This document shows, piece after piece, positions 11,394-21,131 of a stretch of DNA of 64,000 bases. Location: assembly GCA_963751275.1 (NCBI GenBank), contig CAVVTZ010000009.1, positions 576,001 to 640,000 on the forward strand, read 5' to 3'. A program made the translations under genes and the position numbers. The DNA is from an uncultured Gemmatimonadaceae bacterium. GTDB taxonomy: Bacteria; Gemmatimonadota; Gemmatimonadetes; Gemmatimonadales; Gemmatimonadaceae. The first letter of the stretch is position 1. Each line of letters opens with the position of its first letter. The notes beneath the pieces are model-generated. The model was given only the letters and a program-made list of their open reading frames with translations. It had not been told where the DNA came from and did no database searches.

Positions 11394-13433
11394 TCAGGTA
11401 CTGAAGCGCCCGCGGAGCAACGCGCGCAGGTCCACCGGCTCACCGGTGAGTGGCGCGGCGGGCGCGCCGGGGCCGGGCAGCACATCGGGCGCGGCGGCGA
11501 CGCGCGTCATCAGTTCGCGCACGCCGGGATCGATGAAGCGGCTCAGCTGGTCCACCGAATACTCCGTGCCGAAGCGCGACTGATAGGCGTTCAGCGGATA
11601 GACCGCGTGCAGGTGTTTCCGCGCGCGCGTCATCGCGACGTACATCAGGCGGCGTTCTTCTTCGGTGTCCTCGTCGGAGCCGAGCGAGCGGTTGGAGGGG
11701 AACCAGCCATCGGCGGCCCAGATGATGAACACGGCATCCCACTCGCGCCCTTTCGCACTGTGCGCGGTGCTGAGGATGAGCGCGTCGTCCTCCGTGTCGG
11801 GGCCGCTCGAGAAGTCCTGTGTCTTGGACGGCGGCTCGAGGGCGAGCTCGCTCAGGAACGCCGCGCGGTTCGGGAACGAACCGGCGATCACTTCGAGCTG
11901 CGCGAGGTCGGCGAGCCGCGGCTCGGCGCGGTCGTAGCGTTCGCGGAGAATGTCGTCGTACATCGCGCGGAGCGCGGCGATCTCTTCGCTCACCGTGCGC
12001 TCTCCGCCCGCGGGGTCTGGCTTGCTCAACACCGTGAGCAGCAGCGAGAGCGACGCATGCGCGAGCCGCGCGCGCGGCGGCGGCGTCCACGCGGCGAACG
12101 CTGCCGGATCCCACGACCGCTCGGCCATGAGCGCGAGCGCCTGGCGCGCGGTGATGTCGCCGATGCCGGGGAGAAGCGTGAGCACGCGGAACCAGCTCAC
12201 CTCGTCGCGCGGATTCTCGAGGATGCGAAGAAAAGCGAGCACGTCCTTCACGTGCGCCGCCTCGAGGAACTTGATGCCGCCCCACTTCTCGAAGGGGATC
12301 TGGCGGTTCGTGAGCTCGATCTCGAGGTCGGCCGACATGTAACCGGCGCGGAAGAGCACGGCGATCTCGCGCAGCGGCGTGCCGGCTTCGTGCAGTTCGA
12401 GCACGCGGTCCACCACGTACTGGGTCTGCTCGTGCTCGTCGCGCGCGGCCACGAGCAGCGGGCGTTCGCCCCCGGTGCGCGTGGTGAACAGCTGCTTCGT
12501 GTAACGCTGCCGCGCGCGGGCAATGAGCGCATTGCTCACGTCGAGCACCGGCTGCGTTGAGCGGTAGTTCTGCTCGAGCGTCACGATCGTCGCGCCCGGA
12601 AACTGCTTGGGGAAGTCGAGCATGTTGCGCACCGTGGCGCCGCGGAAGCTGTAGATGCTCTGCGCATCGTCGCCGACGACGGTGATGTTCTTGTGCGTCG
12701 CGGCCATGCCGCGCAGGATGCGCGCCTGCAGGACGTTGGTATCCTGGTACTCATCCACCAGCACGTGATCGTAGAGCGAGGAGATCCGCGCGCCGAGCTC
12801 GGGGGCCTGCTCGAGCATGAGCGCCCAGAGGAGGAGCAGGTCGTCGTAGTCGAGGAGATTGCGCTCGGCCTTGCGCGCCGTATAGTCGGCGAACGTGCGG
12901 ATGATGTCGGGGATGTCGGCTTCGAACTGCGGGAACTCATCGCGCACGATCGCGTCCACGGCGAGCTCGGTGTTCACGTGGCGCGAGTAGATGTGGTGCA
13001 GCGTCTCCTTCTTGGGGAAACGCGATTTGCGCTGCGCGAAGCCGAGGTGCGCGCGCGACATGCCGGTGAGATCCTCGGCGTCGCTCTGATCGAGGATCGT
13101 GAAGTCCTTCGCGATGCCGGCGTGCTGGCCGTAGGCGCGGAGGAGGCGGTGCGCGGTGGCGTGGAAGGTGCCGCCGTGAACGCGGCCGGTGGCGCTGCCG
13201 ACCAAGCGCTCGGCGCGCGCGAGCATCTCCTGCGCGGAGCGGCGAGTGAACGTCAGCAGCAGAATGCGATCGGGGCGCACGCCGCGGCCGATGAGATGGG
13301 CGACGCGGTACACTAAGGCGCGAGTCTTTCCGGTGCCCGCTCCGGCCACAATGAGGAGTGGGCCATCTCCATGAGTTGCGGCGGCCAGTTGGCCGGGGTT
13401 CAACTCGGAGGAGAAATCAGGAGCGGGGGACAT
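11394..13433 (-). CDS. UvrD/Rep/PcrA-family ATP-dependent helicase
   Basis: AGAGTGKT, VDEYQD, VGDDAQSIYSFRGA, LEQNYRS, STAHSAKGREW, EERRLMYVAMTRAR. Confidence 0.95.
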   Translation of the reverse strand: MSPAPDFSSELNPGQLAAATHGDGPLLIVAGAGTGKTRALVYRVAHLIGRGVRPDRILLLTFTRRSAQEMLARAERLVGSATGRVHGGTFHATAHRLLRAYGQHAGIAKDFTILDQSDAEDLTGMSRAHLGFAQRKSRFPKKETLHHIYSRHVNTELAVDAIVRDEFPQFEADIPDIIRTFADYTARKAERNLLDYDDLLLLWALMLEQAPELGARISSLYDHVLVDEYQDTNVLQARILRGMAATHKNITVVGDDAQSIYSFRGATVRNMLDFPKQFPGATIVTLEQNYRSTQPVLDVSNALIARARQRYTKQLFTTRTGGERPLLVAARDEHEQTQYVVDRVLELHEAGTPLREIAVLFRAGYMSADLEIELTNRQIPFEKWGGIKFLEAAHVKDVLAFLRILENPRDEVSWFRVLTLLPGIGDITARQALALMAERSWDPAAFAAWTPPPRARLAHASLSLLLTVLSKPDPAGGERTVSEEIAALRAMYDDILRERYDRAEPRLADLAQLEVIAGSFPNRAAFLSELALEPPSKTQDFSSGPDTEDDALILSTAHSAKGREWDAVFIIWAADGWFPSNRSLGSDEDTEEERRLMYVAMTRARKHLHAVYPLNAYQSRFGTEYSVDQLSRFIDPGVRELMTRVAAAPDVLPGPGAPAAPLTGEPVDLRALLRGRFST

Positions 13434-13452
13434 TCTCAGGAATGTAACGCTC

Positions 13453-13473
13453 GGGACTCGGGACTCGGGACTC
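13453..13473. repeat. heptamer tandem repeat (GGGACTC)x3
   Basis: direct reading. Confidence 0.85.
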
Positions 13474-13478
13474 GCGAA

Positions 13479-14246
13479 CTACACCTTGATCAGGATCGAG
13501 AGACAGGTCGGGCCGCCCTCGGCTTTCTGGAGTTCCGAGAGATCGAGGGTGCGGCATTGGAAGCCGGCGCGTTCGAGGACGGCGCGAGTGGCGGGGAAAC
13601 TCGCGGGCATGACAAGTGTGCCGTTCACATCCAGAACACTCGCGCCCCAGGGTTCGTGCTTCGGGACGTCGATCACGCGCAGATCCTTGAACGCGGCGAG
13701 GTCCGTCCATTCGGGATTCGCGAGCACGGTATTGCGGCCGGCGTACGTCACGGCGGTCTTCAGGTGCAGCGCGCCCTTCACGGCGACGGGGACCACCGTG
13801 TAGCCGAGTGGAGTGAGGAGCGCGTGGAGCTGCTCGAGGCCGGCGGGGTTCGTGCGCTTGGAGAGTCCGACGTACACCGTGCGGCCGGCCTGGATGACAT
13901 CGCCGCCGTCGAGCGTGGCGGGGGGCGCGAGGCGCTGAAGCAGGCGGTAGCGCTTGAGCGTGTCGGTGAGCAGCTCGCCCTCGGCGGCGCGCGACGGTGC
14001 GCCGGGGGTCGTGATCACCGCGCATTCATCGACGACCACCGCGGCGTCCTCGACGAACACGGCGTCGGGGAATTCATCGCGAGCGGGAAGGTGCACGATC
14101 GTGGCGCCGAGCGATTCGAGGGCCTCCTCGTAGGCGCGATGCTGCTGGCGCGCGAGCTTGAGGTCGATCGGCTCGCGCTGCTTGTACGTCAACTGACCTT
14201 CGTCGAGGGTCGAGCTGACGCCGCGGGTGACGGCGATTAAGGGCAA
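13479..14246 (-). CDS. dimethylarginine dimethylaminohydrolase (amidinotransferase superfamily)
   Basis: FPDAVFVED, LDGGD, LHLKT, KAEGGPTCLS. Confidence 0.9.
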   Translation of the reverse strand: MPLIAVTRGVSSTLDEGQLTYKQREPIDLKLARQQHRAYEEALESLGATIVHLPARDEFPDAVFVEDAAVVVDECAVITTPGAPSRAAEGELLTDTLKRYRLLQRLAPPATLDGGDVIQAGRTVYVGLSKRTNPAGLEQLHALLTPLGYTVVPVAVKGALHLKTAVTYAGRNTVLANPEWTDLAAFKDLRVIDVPKHEPWGASVLDVNGTLVMPASFPATRAVLERAGFQCRTLDLSELQKAEGGPTCLSILIKV

Positions 14247-14247
14247 G

Positions 14248-14268
14248 GGGAAACGGGAAACGGGAAAC
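14248..14268. repeat. heptamer tandem repeat (GGGAAAC)x3
   Basis: direct reading. Confidence 0.85.
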
Positions 14269-14342
14269 GATGAATTGCTTACGTGCTTGAAGCTAACGAA
14301 ATCGCACCTCTCAGAATCGGCTTTCTCGCTGCGACCGGCAGC

Positions 14343-14559
14343 TCACTACAACTGCCTGGAGGCAGATGACGCGGATGACGCGGAAAATCGCGGACCGCTC
14401 CTTGCGGCGTACGAGCACCTGGGGCGGCGGCGAACCGCCTACTTGCTGTTTACAACAAAGACAAGAACTGTCCAGCGACTCGCTGAATGTCGAGCGAGCG
14501 CGGAACGATCTGCGTTCTCCGCGCCCTCCGCGTCATCCGCGTACAAGCAGTTGTGGTGA
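14343..14559. repeat. imperfect inverted-repeat element with 9-bp internal repeats
   Basis: TCACTACAACTGC...GATGACGCGGATGACGCGGA pairs with TCCGCGTCATCCGC...GCAGTTGTGGTGA. Confidence 0.7.
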
Positions 14560-14596
14560 ACCAAACGCGAGACTCATCTGACCCGGACGGCGCGAT

Positions 14597-15322
14597 CTAC
14601 TTCGTCTTCGACTCCGACCGCATCTTGTTGATCATCGCCTGCGAGATGGACATCCCGCCGTACCGCTCCTCGGTCCACGGATCGCCGCGCATGTGGTAGC
14701 CGTTCTGCTCCCAGAAGCCGGGGAGGTCGAAGTCGAGCAGTTCGAGGCCGCGCACCCATTTCGCGCTCTTCCAGAAATAGAGATGCGGCACGAGGAGGCG
14801 CAGCGGCCAGCCGTGGTCGGGGGAGAGCGGCATGCCGTTGTGCGCCCAGGTGAGCAGGTTCTCGGGGCGGTCGAGATCGCTGAGGGGCAGGTTGGTGGTG
14901 AAGCCCTGCTCGGCGTGCACCAGTACGTGCGACGCATTCGGCTTCACGCCGGCGCGCTTCAACAAGTCGGAGACGGACACACCCGTGAATCGGTTGTCGA
15001 GCCGGCTCCAGCGCGTCACGCAGTGGATGTCACACAGCGTCTCCCTGTGCGGGAGCGCCATGAGTTCGTCGTAGGTCAGCGAGAACGGCTGCTCGACGAG
15101 GCCCTTGATCTCGAACGTCCAGTTCTTGAGATCGACGCGCGGCACGTCGCCGTAGTGGAGCACGGGCCATTTCTCGGTCTTCACCTGGCGCGGCGGCACG
15201 CGATCGCGATCGGTGGGGCGCGCGTCGACGACGGGATCTTTGTCGGCCACGGGGATCTCCAGGCGCGGAGGGCGAGTGCCGGTGCGGCCGATCAACCAGC
15301 CGCTCAGACGATCGAATACCAT
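14597..15322 (-). CDS. sulfite oxidase-like molybdopterin-dependent oxidoreductase
   Basis: DIHCVTRWS (Mo-ligand Cys), HGWPLRLLVPHLYFWKSAKW, GFWEQNGYH. Confidence 0.9.
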   Translation of the reverse strand: MVFDRLSGWLIGRTGTRPPRLEIPVADKDPVVDARPTDRDRVPPRQVKTEKWPVLHYGDVPRVDLKNWTFEIKGLVEQPFSLTYDELMALPHRETLCDIHCVTRWSRLDNRFTGVSVSDLLKRAGVKPNASHVLVHAEQGFTTNLPLSDLDRPENLLTWAHNGMPLSPDHGWPLRLLVPHLYFWKSAKWVRGLELLDFDLPGFWEQNGYHMRGDPWTEERYGGMSISQAMINKMRSESKTK

Positions 15323-15378
15323 AACTACAAACTAATCGCGGCACGAATCACCACGAACGTCAGTGGCACCCCGGACTC

Positions 15379-15503
15379 CGTATTTGGTCCCCCGAACGCC
15401 GTTGATAGCAATTGAGGCGTGGTCACGGCTAAGGCGTTCCTAGAAACGCCCTAGCCGTGACCACGCCTCAATTGCTATCGACGGCGTTCGGGGACTAAGT
15501 ACG
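15379..15503. repeat. long palindromic element, family A copy 2
   Basis: CGTATTTGGTCCCCCGAACGCCGTTGATAGCAATTGAGGCGTGGTCACGGCTA...TAGCCGTGACCACGCCTCAATTGCTATCGACGGCGTTCGGGGACTAAGTACG. Confidence 0.9.
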
Positions 15504-15525
15504 CAGTTCGTAGTGCGATGCAAGT

Positions 15526-15555
15526 CGCCCCCGGCCAAGGAATCGGCCGGGGGCG
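15526..15555 (-). terminator. GC hairpin downstream of hsp20
   Basis: 11-bp stem CGCCCCCGGCC/GGCCGGGGGCG; weak U-tail on the minus strand. Confidence 0.55.
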
Positions 15556-15578
15556 TTTCACGATCTGATCCGTTGAAC

Positions 15579-16037
15579 TCAGTTGCTCTTGATCGGGATC
15601 AGCCGGTCCTTCGCTTCCGCTGTCTTCGGCAGGTGGATCGTGAGCACGCCGTTCGAGAACGTGGCGTTCACCTTGTCCGCGCTGACGTTGGTCGGGAGCG
15701 AGAACGAACGGGAGAACGACCCGTAGTTCCGCTCATAGACCAGATACCGCTTCGTGTCGCTCTCTTCCTTCCGCTCCTCTTTCTTCTCGCCGCGGATCGT
15801 GAGCACGTTGTTCTGCAGCACGATCTCGACGTCCTCTTTGACCATCCCCGGGAGCTCGCAGCTCACGATGATGTCCTCGCCCTTCTCCGTCACTTCCACG
15901 CTCGGCACCCAGCCCACGCTCGGCGCGAACGCGTCCGAGAACGAGTCGCCGAACAGGGTGCGGAAACGCGCCGGCATCGAGCTGAGCGGGCTGTAGCTCT
16001 CGAGGGACGGGATGCGGGTCATCAGTTTGGTCGACAT
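15579..16037 (-). CDS. small heat shock protein Hsp20
   Basis: ELPGM.KEDV, LTIRGEK, ERNYGSFSRSFSLP, NGVLTI.LPK; AGGAGG RBS before ATG at 16037. Confidence 0.95.
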   Translation of the reverse strand: MSTKLMTRIPSLESYSPLSSMPARFRTLFGDSFSDAFAPSVGWVPSVEVTEKGEDIIVSCELPGMVKEDVEIVLQNNVLTIRGEKKEERKEESDTKRYLVYERNYGSFSRSFSLPTNVSADKVNATFSNGVLTIHLPKTAEAKDRLIPIKSN

Positions 16038-16456
16038 AAGGCCTCCTGGCCTGGCGATCATCCGGGCGGCGGCCCAAACCGCGCCGCGCGCTGGACGATC
16101 CATACGATTCATTGTCGTCGAAGACATAGTACCAAAAGGTGCAAGCCCGCGCAGTGGCGAAATCGCTTACGTCACGATTACCCCCTCCTGTACGCCAATG
16201 CCCTCGCCAACGGCCCGCCCGCGGCCCAAATTCCGGCGAACGCGGACGGAAAGTGAGGGAATTCCCGACAACGCCGCATTCCCCTCGCCCGTACCCTCCC
16301 AAGTAACGCCATGGCAGTGATTTCCGGTCGCTCCGTGAACCCGCTCTCGAGGGAAGCACCTCTGTCCAACGCCGCCTTTCCAGCGCGACACTCGCCGTCG
16401 AATGTCTCGGCGTCGCGCATCGGTTTGGTTCGAAGTGGGCGCTGCGCGGCGTCACC

Positions 16457-17080
16457 ATGACCCTCGGCGCCGGCGAGATCATCGCCCTCGTCGGCAAGAA
16501 TGGGAGCGGGAAGAGCACGCTGGTTCGCGCGATCGCGACGGCGCTCCGTCCCACCAAGGGCACGATCCGCGTCTATGGCAACGACACGCGCGCCGATCCC
16601 GGCGCGGTGCGCGAGACCTGCGCGATCGTCGGCCACGCCACCGGCGTGTACGAGGATCTCACGGTCATCGAGAACCTCCGCTTCGCGTGCAGGATGGCGG
16701 GCGAACCGCACGACGACGCGCGCCTCCTTGCCGTGCTCGAACGCGTGAACCTCGCGCACGAAGCGAACGCGCGCGGCCGCGAGCTCTCGGCCGGCCAGCA
16801 GCGCCGCATCGCGCTCTCGCGCGTGTTGCTGCGCCCGGTGCGGCTGCTGCTGCTCGATGAGCCGTACACGAGCTTCGACGATGATGGCGTCGCGAACGTG
16901 AACGACATGCTGGTGGATCTGCGCGCGCGCGGCGGCTCGGCCATCGTGATCACGCACGAGATGGAGCGTGTGCGCGGGATCATCGATCGCACCGTGCGCC
17001 TCGACGCCGGCCTCGTCTTCGAGCCCTCGCTCACCCCCACCGGCGCGATGCCGGCCTTCAAGGCGGTGCGCCATGGCTGA
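16457..17080 (+). CDS. ccmA: heme exporter ATP-binding protein CcmA (homology extends upstream to about 16391; true start uncertain)
   Basis: GKNGSGKST, LSAGQQRR, LLDEPYT; first gene of the ccm operon. Confidence 0.85.
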   Translation: MTLGAGEIIALVGKNGSGKSTLVRAIATALRPTKGTIRVYGNDTRADPGAVRETCAIVGHATGVYEDLTVIENLRFACRMAGEPHDDARLLAVLERVNLAHEANARGRELSAGQQRRIALSRVLLRPVRLLLLDEPYTSFDDDGVANVNDMLVDLRARGGSAIVITHEMERVRGIIDRTVRLDAGLVFEPSLTPTGAMPAFKAVRHG

Positions 17081-17768
17081 GCGCGTTTGGGCGCGCGAGT
17101 TCTCGCGGATGGGCGCGGTGGCCTGGAAGGACATGGCGGTGGAGCGCCGCACGAAGGCCAATTTCAATTCGGTGGTCTTCTTCGCCGTGCTCACGCTGCT
17201 GCTCTTCGGCTTCGCGCTGGGCGCCGACACCGACGCGCTCAAGGCGGCGAGCGCCGGCGTGCTTTGGCTGACGGTGCTCTTCTCCGGCGTGCTCGTGTTC
17301 AACCGGTCGTACCAGACCGAGCTCGAGACGGGCGCCCTCGAGATCCTACTATTATATCCCGGCGAGCGCTGGGCGATCTTCGCCGGCAAGCTCCTCGCGA
17401 ACCTCGCCTTCGTGGTGCTCGTGGAGATCGTGATCCTGCCGGTGGCGGTGGTGCTGTACCACATGCCGCTCGGCCGCGCGCCGTTCGCGGTGGCCGGCGT
17501 GATGCTGCTCGGCACCTTCGGGTTCGTCACGCTCGGCACGTTCTACGCGGCGATGGCGAGCCGCCTCCGCTCGCGCGAAGTGCTGCTGCCGCTGTTGCTC
17601 TTCCCCATGCTGGTGCCGGTGTTGATCGCGGCCGTGCAGTCCACGGCGGCGTATCTGAACGGCGATGCGATGGGTGACAGTGCCACCTGGGTCCGTTTGC
17701 TGATCCTCTTTGATGCCATCTTCCTCGTCGCCGCACTGCTGGCGTTCGAGCACGTGATCGAGGGCTAA
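17073..17768 (+). CDS. ccmB: heme exporter permease CcmB
   Basis: six hydrophobic segments, LLPLLLFPMLVPVLI motif. Confidence 0.9.
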   Translation: MAERVWAREFSRMGAVAWKDMAVERRTKANFNSVVFFAVLTLLLFGFALGADTDALKAASAGVLWLTVLFSGVLVFNRSYQTELETGALEILLLYPGERWAIFAGKLLANLAFVVLVEIVILPVAVVLYHMPLGRAPFAVAGVMLLGTFGFVTLGTFYAAMASRLRSREVLLPLLLFPMLVPVLIAAVQSTAAYLNGDAMGDSATWVRLLILFDAIFLVAALLAFEHVIEG

Positions 17769-17770
17769 CG

Positions 17771-18481
17771 ATGACCGATGTGAATACCGGACCGGCGGCG
17801 GTGTCCCGCGGGAAGATGTTCGCGGCGGGCGCGGCGACGCTGGTGATCCTCGCCGCCACGCAGACGTGGGCGATCATGAACTCGCCGCCCGACCGTGACA
17901 TGGGGAACCTGCAGAAGATCATGTACGTGCACGTGCCGAGCGCGTGGAGCTTCTTCATCGCGTTCTTCGTGGTGCTGGTGGCGAGCGTGATGTACCTCGC
18001 GACGCGCGAGGAGAAATACGACCTGATCGCCGCGAGCGCCGCCGAGGCGGGCGCGCTCTTGACCGCGTTGGCGCTGCTCACGGGATCGATCTGGGGGCGG
18101 GAGACGTGGGGCGCGTGGTGGACGTGGGACGCGCGGCTCACGAGCACCGCGATCCTTTTGCTCATCTACATCGGGTACCTTTCGCTGCGGGCCGCGACGG
18201 AGGATCCGGAGCGGCGCGCGCGGTGGAGCGCGGCGGTGGGGATCCTGGGCGCGATCAACGTGCCGATCGTGTACATGTCCGTGCGCTGGTGGCGCACGTT
18301 GCATCAAGTGCAATCGAGCCCGAGCACCGTGGCGGGTTCATACGTCGCCGGCTTGCGGATCAATGCGGTGGCGATGCTGCTGGTCACCGTGTGGTTCATC
18401 GTGGCGCGCTACCGCGCCGCGGTGATCGAGCGCGCCGGCGCGGAGCTGGCGGAGAATGCGGCCCTGGGCGGGAGAGCGTGA
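17771..18481 (+). CDS. ccmC: heme exporter / cytochrome c biogenesis protein CcmC
   Basis: YVHVP, WWD motif GSIWGRETWGAWWTWDARLT, WWRTLHQ. Confidence 0.93.
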   Translation: MTDVNTGPAAVSRGKMFAAGAATLVILAATQTWAIMNSPPDRDMGNLQKIMYVHVPSAWSFFIAFFVVLVASVMYLATREEKYDLIAASAAEAGALLTALALLTGSIWGRETWGAWWTWDARLTSTAILLLIYIGYLSLRAATEDPERRARWSAAVGILGAINVPIVYMSVRWWRTLHQVQSSPSTVAGSYVAGLRINAVAMLLVTVWFIVARYRAAVIERAGAELAENAALGGRA

Positions 18482-18642
18482 TGCCGACTATCAATGAATG
18501 GAACTACATCATCGCGGCGTACGCGGCCGTGTGGGTGGGATTCATCGTGTACTACATCCGGCTCGCGCGGCTGTCGCGGCGCGCCGAAGAAGCCTATCAC
18601 GCGGCACGCGGGCATTCGGGCTCGCCAGGGAGGGTAGTCTGA
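18481..18642 (+). CDS. ccmD: CcmD-like small membrane protein
   Basis: YIIAAYAAVW TM plus basic tail, between ccmC and ccmE with overlapping codons. Confidence 0.75.
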   Translation: MPTINEWNYIIAAYAAVWVGFIVYYIRLARLSRRAEEAYHAARGHSGSPGRVV

Positions 18643-19095
18643 TGGGCGCAAAGAGTACGAAGCGCACCGTGATCATCGCCGGCGCGCTGGTGTTCGTGGC
18701 CGCCTTCGCGTACCTGCTGTTCGGCGGCATCGGGAACAACCTCGTGTACTTCCTCACGCCGAGTGAGCTCTTGGCCAAGGGAACGGCGGTGTACGACACA
18801 CCGGTGAGGCTGGGCGGCCAGGTGGTGCCGGGGAGCGTGAAGTGGGACGCGGCGAACGTGGACCTGCGATTCATGATGCAGGACGGCAAGGCGCAGGTGG
18901 CGGTGCATTCGCACGGCGCACCTCCGCAGAATGTTCCGCGATGGGATCGGCGTGGTGGTGGAGGGCCGGTACAGCGCGAGCGGCACGTTCGACGCGACGA
19001 ATCTCCTGGTGAAGCACTCGAATGAGTACAAGCCGCCGAAGCCGGGCCAACAGCCCGAGGAAATGTACAAGTCACTGATGAAGGGAGCGCCATAA
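18642..19095 (+). CDS. ccmE: heme chaperone CcmE (apparent frameshift near 18930)
   Basis: YFLTPSE, VRLGGQV; corrected frame gives PQMFRDGIGVVVEG and KHSNEY (HxxxY). Confidence 0.9.
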
Positions 19096-21131
19096 TGCTG
19101 AATGCGATCGGTTCGAGCGCGCTGATGGTGGCGCTGGCGATCTCCGTGCTGGGGCTGGTGACGGCGGCGGTGGGCGGCCGGCGGCGCGATGCCGCGTGGA
19201 TCCGCGGTGCGTACGCGGCCGCGTACGTGAATTTCGCGCTGTTGATCATCGCGTCGGCCGCGATGGTGACCGCGCTGGTCACGCATGATTTCAGCGTCAG
19301 CTACGTGGCGCAGGTGGGGAGCCGCTCCACGCCGCTCTTCTATACGATCATCTCGCTCTGGGGCGCGCTCGAGGGATCGATCCTGCTCTGGGGACTCGTG
19401 CTCACCGGCTATACGGCGGCCGTCGTGTATTTCAACCGCCAGCGCGCGGGGCAGTTGATGCCGTACGCCGCGGCGACGCTGTTCGGGATCGCGACGTTCT
19501 TCCTGATCCTGCTCGTGGGCCCGGCGAACCCGTTCCATACAGTGTTCCCGGTGCCGTTCGACGGACCGGGACCGAATCCGCTGCTGCAGAACCATCCGCT
19601 CATGGCGGTGCATCCGCCGTTCCTGTATCTCGGCTACGTCGGGATGTCGGTGCCGTTCGCGTTCGCGATCGGCGCGCTGCTCTCCGGCGAGACCGGCGGC
19701 GACTGGATCCGGATCACGCGCCGCTGGACAATGGTCGCGTGGGGCTTCCTCGGCTTCGCGATCGTGGCCGGCATGTGGTGGAGCTACGACGTGCTCGGCT
19801 GGGGCGGCTACTGGGCGTGGGATCCGGTAGAGAACGCGAGCTTCATGCCGTGGCTCACGGCCACGGCGTTCATCCACTCGGAACTCGTGGAAGAGCGGCG
19901 CGGGATGCTCCGCGTGTGGAACATGACGCTGGTGGTCGCGACGTTCGTGCTCACGATCCTCGGCACCTTCCTCACGCGCAGCGGGATCCTCAGCTCCGTG
20001 CACGCGTTCGCCGAAGGGGTGGTCGGCTACTACTTCCTGGGCTTCATCGCGCTGGTGCTGGTGGGCTCGATGGTGCTGCTGGCGGGGCGCAGCACGTCGC
20101 TCAAGAGCACGGGGAATCTGGATTCGCTCTGGAGCCGCGAGACCGTCATCCTGTTCAACAATCTGCTGCTCTGCGGATTCATGTTCACTGTGCTGCTGGG
20201 CACGCTCTTCCCGCTCGTGGCGGAGGCGGTGCGCGGCGAGAAGTTCAAGGTGAGCGTGGGGGCGCCGTTCTTCAACACGATGACGCTGCCGATCTGCGCG
20301 GCGCTGCTGCTGTTGATGGGCGTGGGGCCGGCGCTGCCGTGGCGCAGCGCGAGCAACGAGCAACTGAAGAAACAACTGATCCCGCCCACCGTGGTGGCGC
20401 TCATCGTCGCCGTGGGATCGATGGTCGCGGGGTTGCGGCAGCCGTACGCGATCGCGGCGTTCGCGTTCGGCGCGTTCGCGATCGTGGCGAACCTGCGCGA
20501 GTACTGGCGCGGCGCGCGGGCGCGGATGCGGTCGCTGGGCGAGAACTTCTTCGTCGCGCTCTCGCAGCTGTTCCGCGTGAACCGCCGGCGCTACGGCGGC
20601 TATCTCGCGCACCTTGGTGTGCTGGTGCTGGCGCTTGGCGTGACCGGCAGCAGCGCGTTCCGCATGGAGCGCGAGGCGACGATCGCACCGGGCGGCACCA
20701 TCACGCTGGGCGGCTACACCGTGCGCATGAACCAGATGTGGGGGCGCGAGGAACCGCAGCGCGTGGTGGTGGGCGCTGATCTGTGGGTCGAGCGCGGGGG
20801 CAAGCGGGTGGGCTCGCTGGATCCGCGGCTCAACTATTACCGGACGTCGGACCAGCCGATCGCGACGCCGGCGGTGCGCAGCCGCGGTGACGCGGATCTG
20901 TACGTGAATCTGATGGCGTTCGAGCGCGACGGCTCGTCGGCGACGCTGCGCGTGCTGGTGGAACCGCTGGTCGCGTGGATCTGGTTCGGCGGCATGGTCG
21001 TGGCGCTGGGTGCGCTCATTTGCGTGTGGCCGGTGGGCAAGGGACCGCGCAGTGCGCGCGCGCCGCGCAGCGGAACGCTCGACATGGCGGAGGACGAGGA
21101 GCTGGCCGTCGCGGCCGGAGGGGCGCAATGA
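19095..21131 (+). CDS. ccmF: cytochrome c heme lyase CcmF
   Basis: WGALEGSILLW, NPLLQ..LMAVHPP, LGWGGYWAWDPVENAS, SVHAFA, YLAHLG. Confidence 0.97.
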   Translation: MLNAIGSSALMVALAISVLGLVTAAVGGRRRDAAWIRGAYAAAYVNFALLIIASAAMVTALVTHDFSVSYVAQVGSRSTPLFYTIISLWGALEGSILLWGLVLTGYTAAVVYFNRQRAGQLMPYAAATLFGIATFFLILLVGPANPFHTVFPVPFDGPGPNPLLQNHPLMAVHPPFLYLGYVGMSVPFAFAIGALLSGETGGDWIRITRRWTMVAWGFLGFAIVAGMWWSYDVLGWGGYWAWDPVENASFMPWLTATAFIHSELVEERRGMLRVWNMTLVVATFVLTILGTFLTRSGILSSVHAFAEGVVGYYFLGFIALVLVGSMVLLAGRSTSLKSTGNLDSLWSRETVILFNNLLLCGFMFTVLLGTLFPLVAEAVRGEKFKVSVGAPFFNTMTLPICAALLLLMGVGPALPWRSASNEQLKKQLIPPTVVALIVAVGSMVAGLRQPYAIAAFAFGAFAIVANLREYWRGARARMRSLGENFFVALSQLFRVNRRRYGGYLAHLGVLVLALGVTGSSAFRMEREATIAPGGTITLGGYTVRMNQMWGREEPQRVVVGADLWVERGGKRVGSLDPRLNYYRTSDQPIATPAVRSRGDADLYVNLMAFERDGSSATLRVLVEPLVAWIWFGGMVVALGALICVWPVGKGPRSARAPRSGTLDMAEDEELAVAAGGAQ

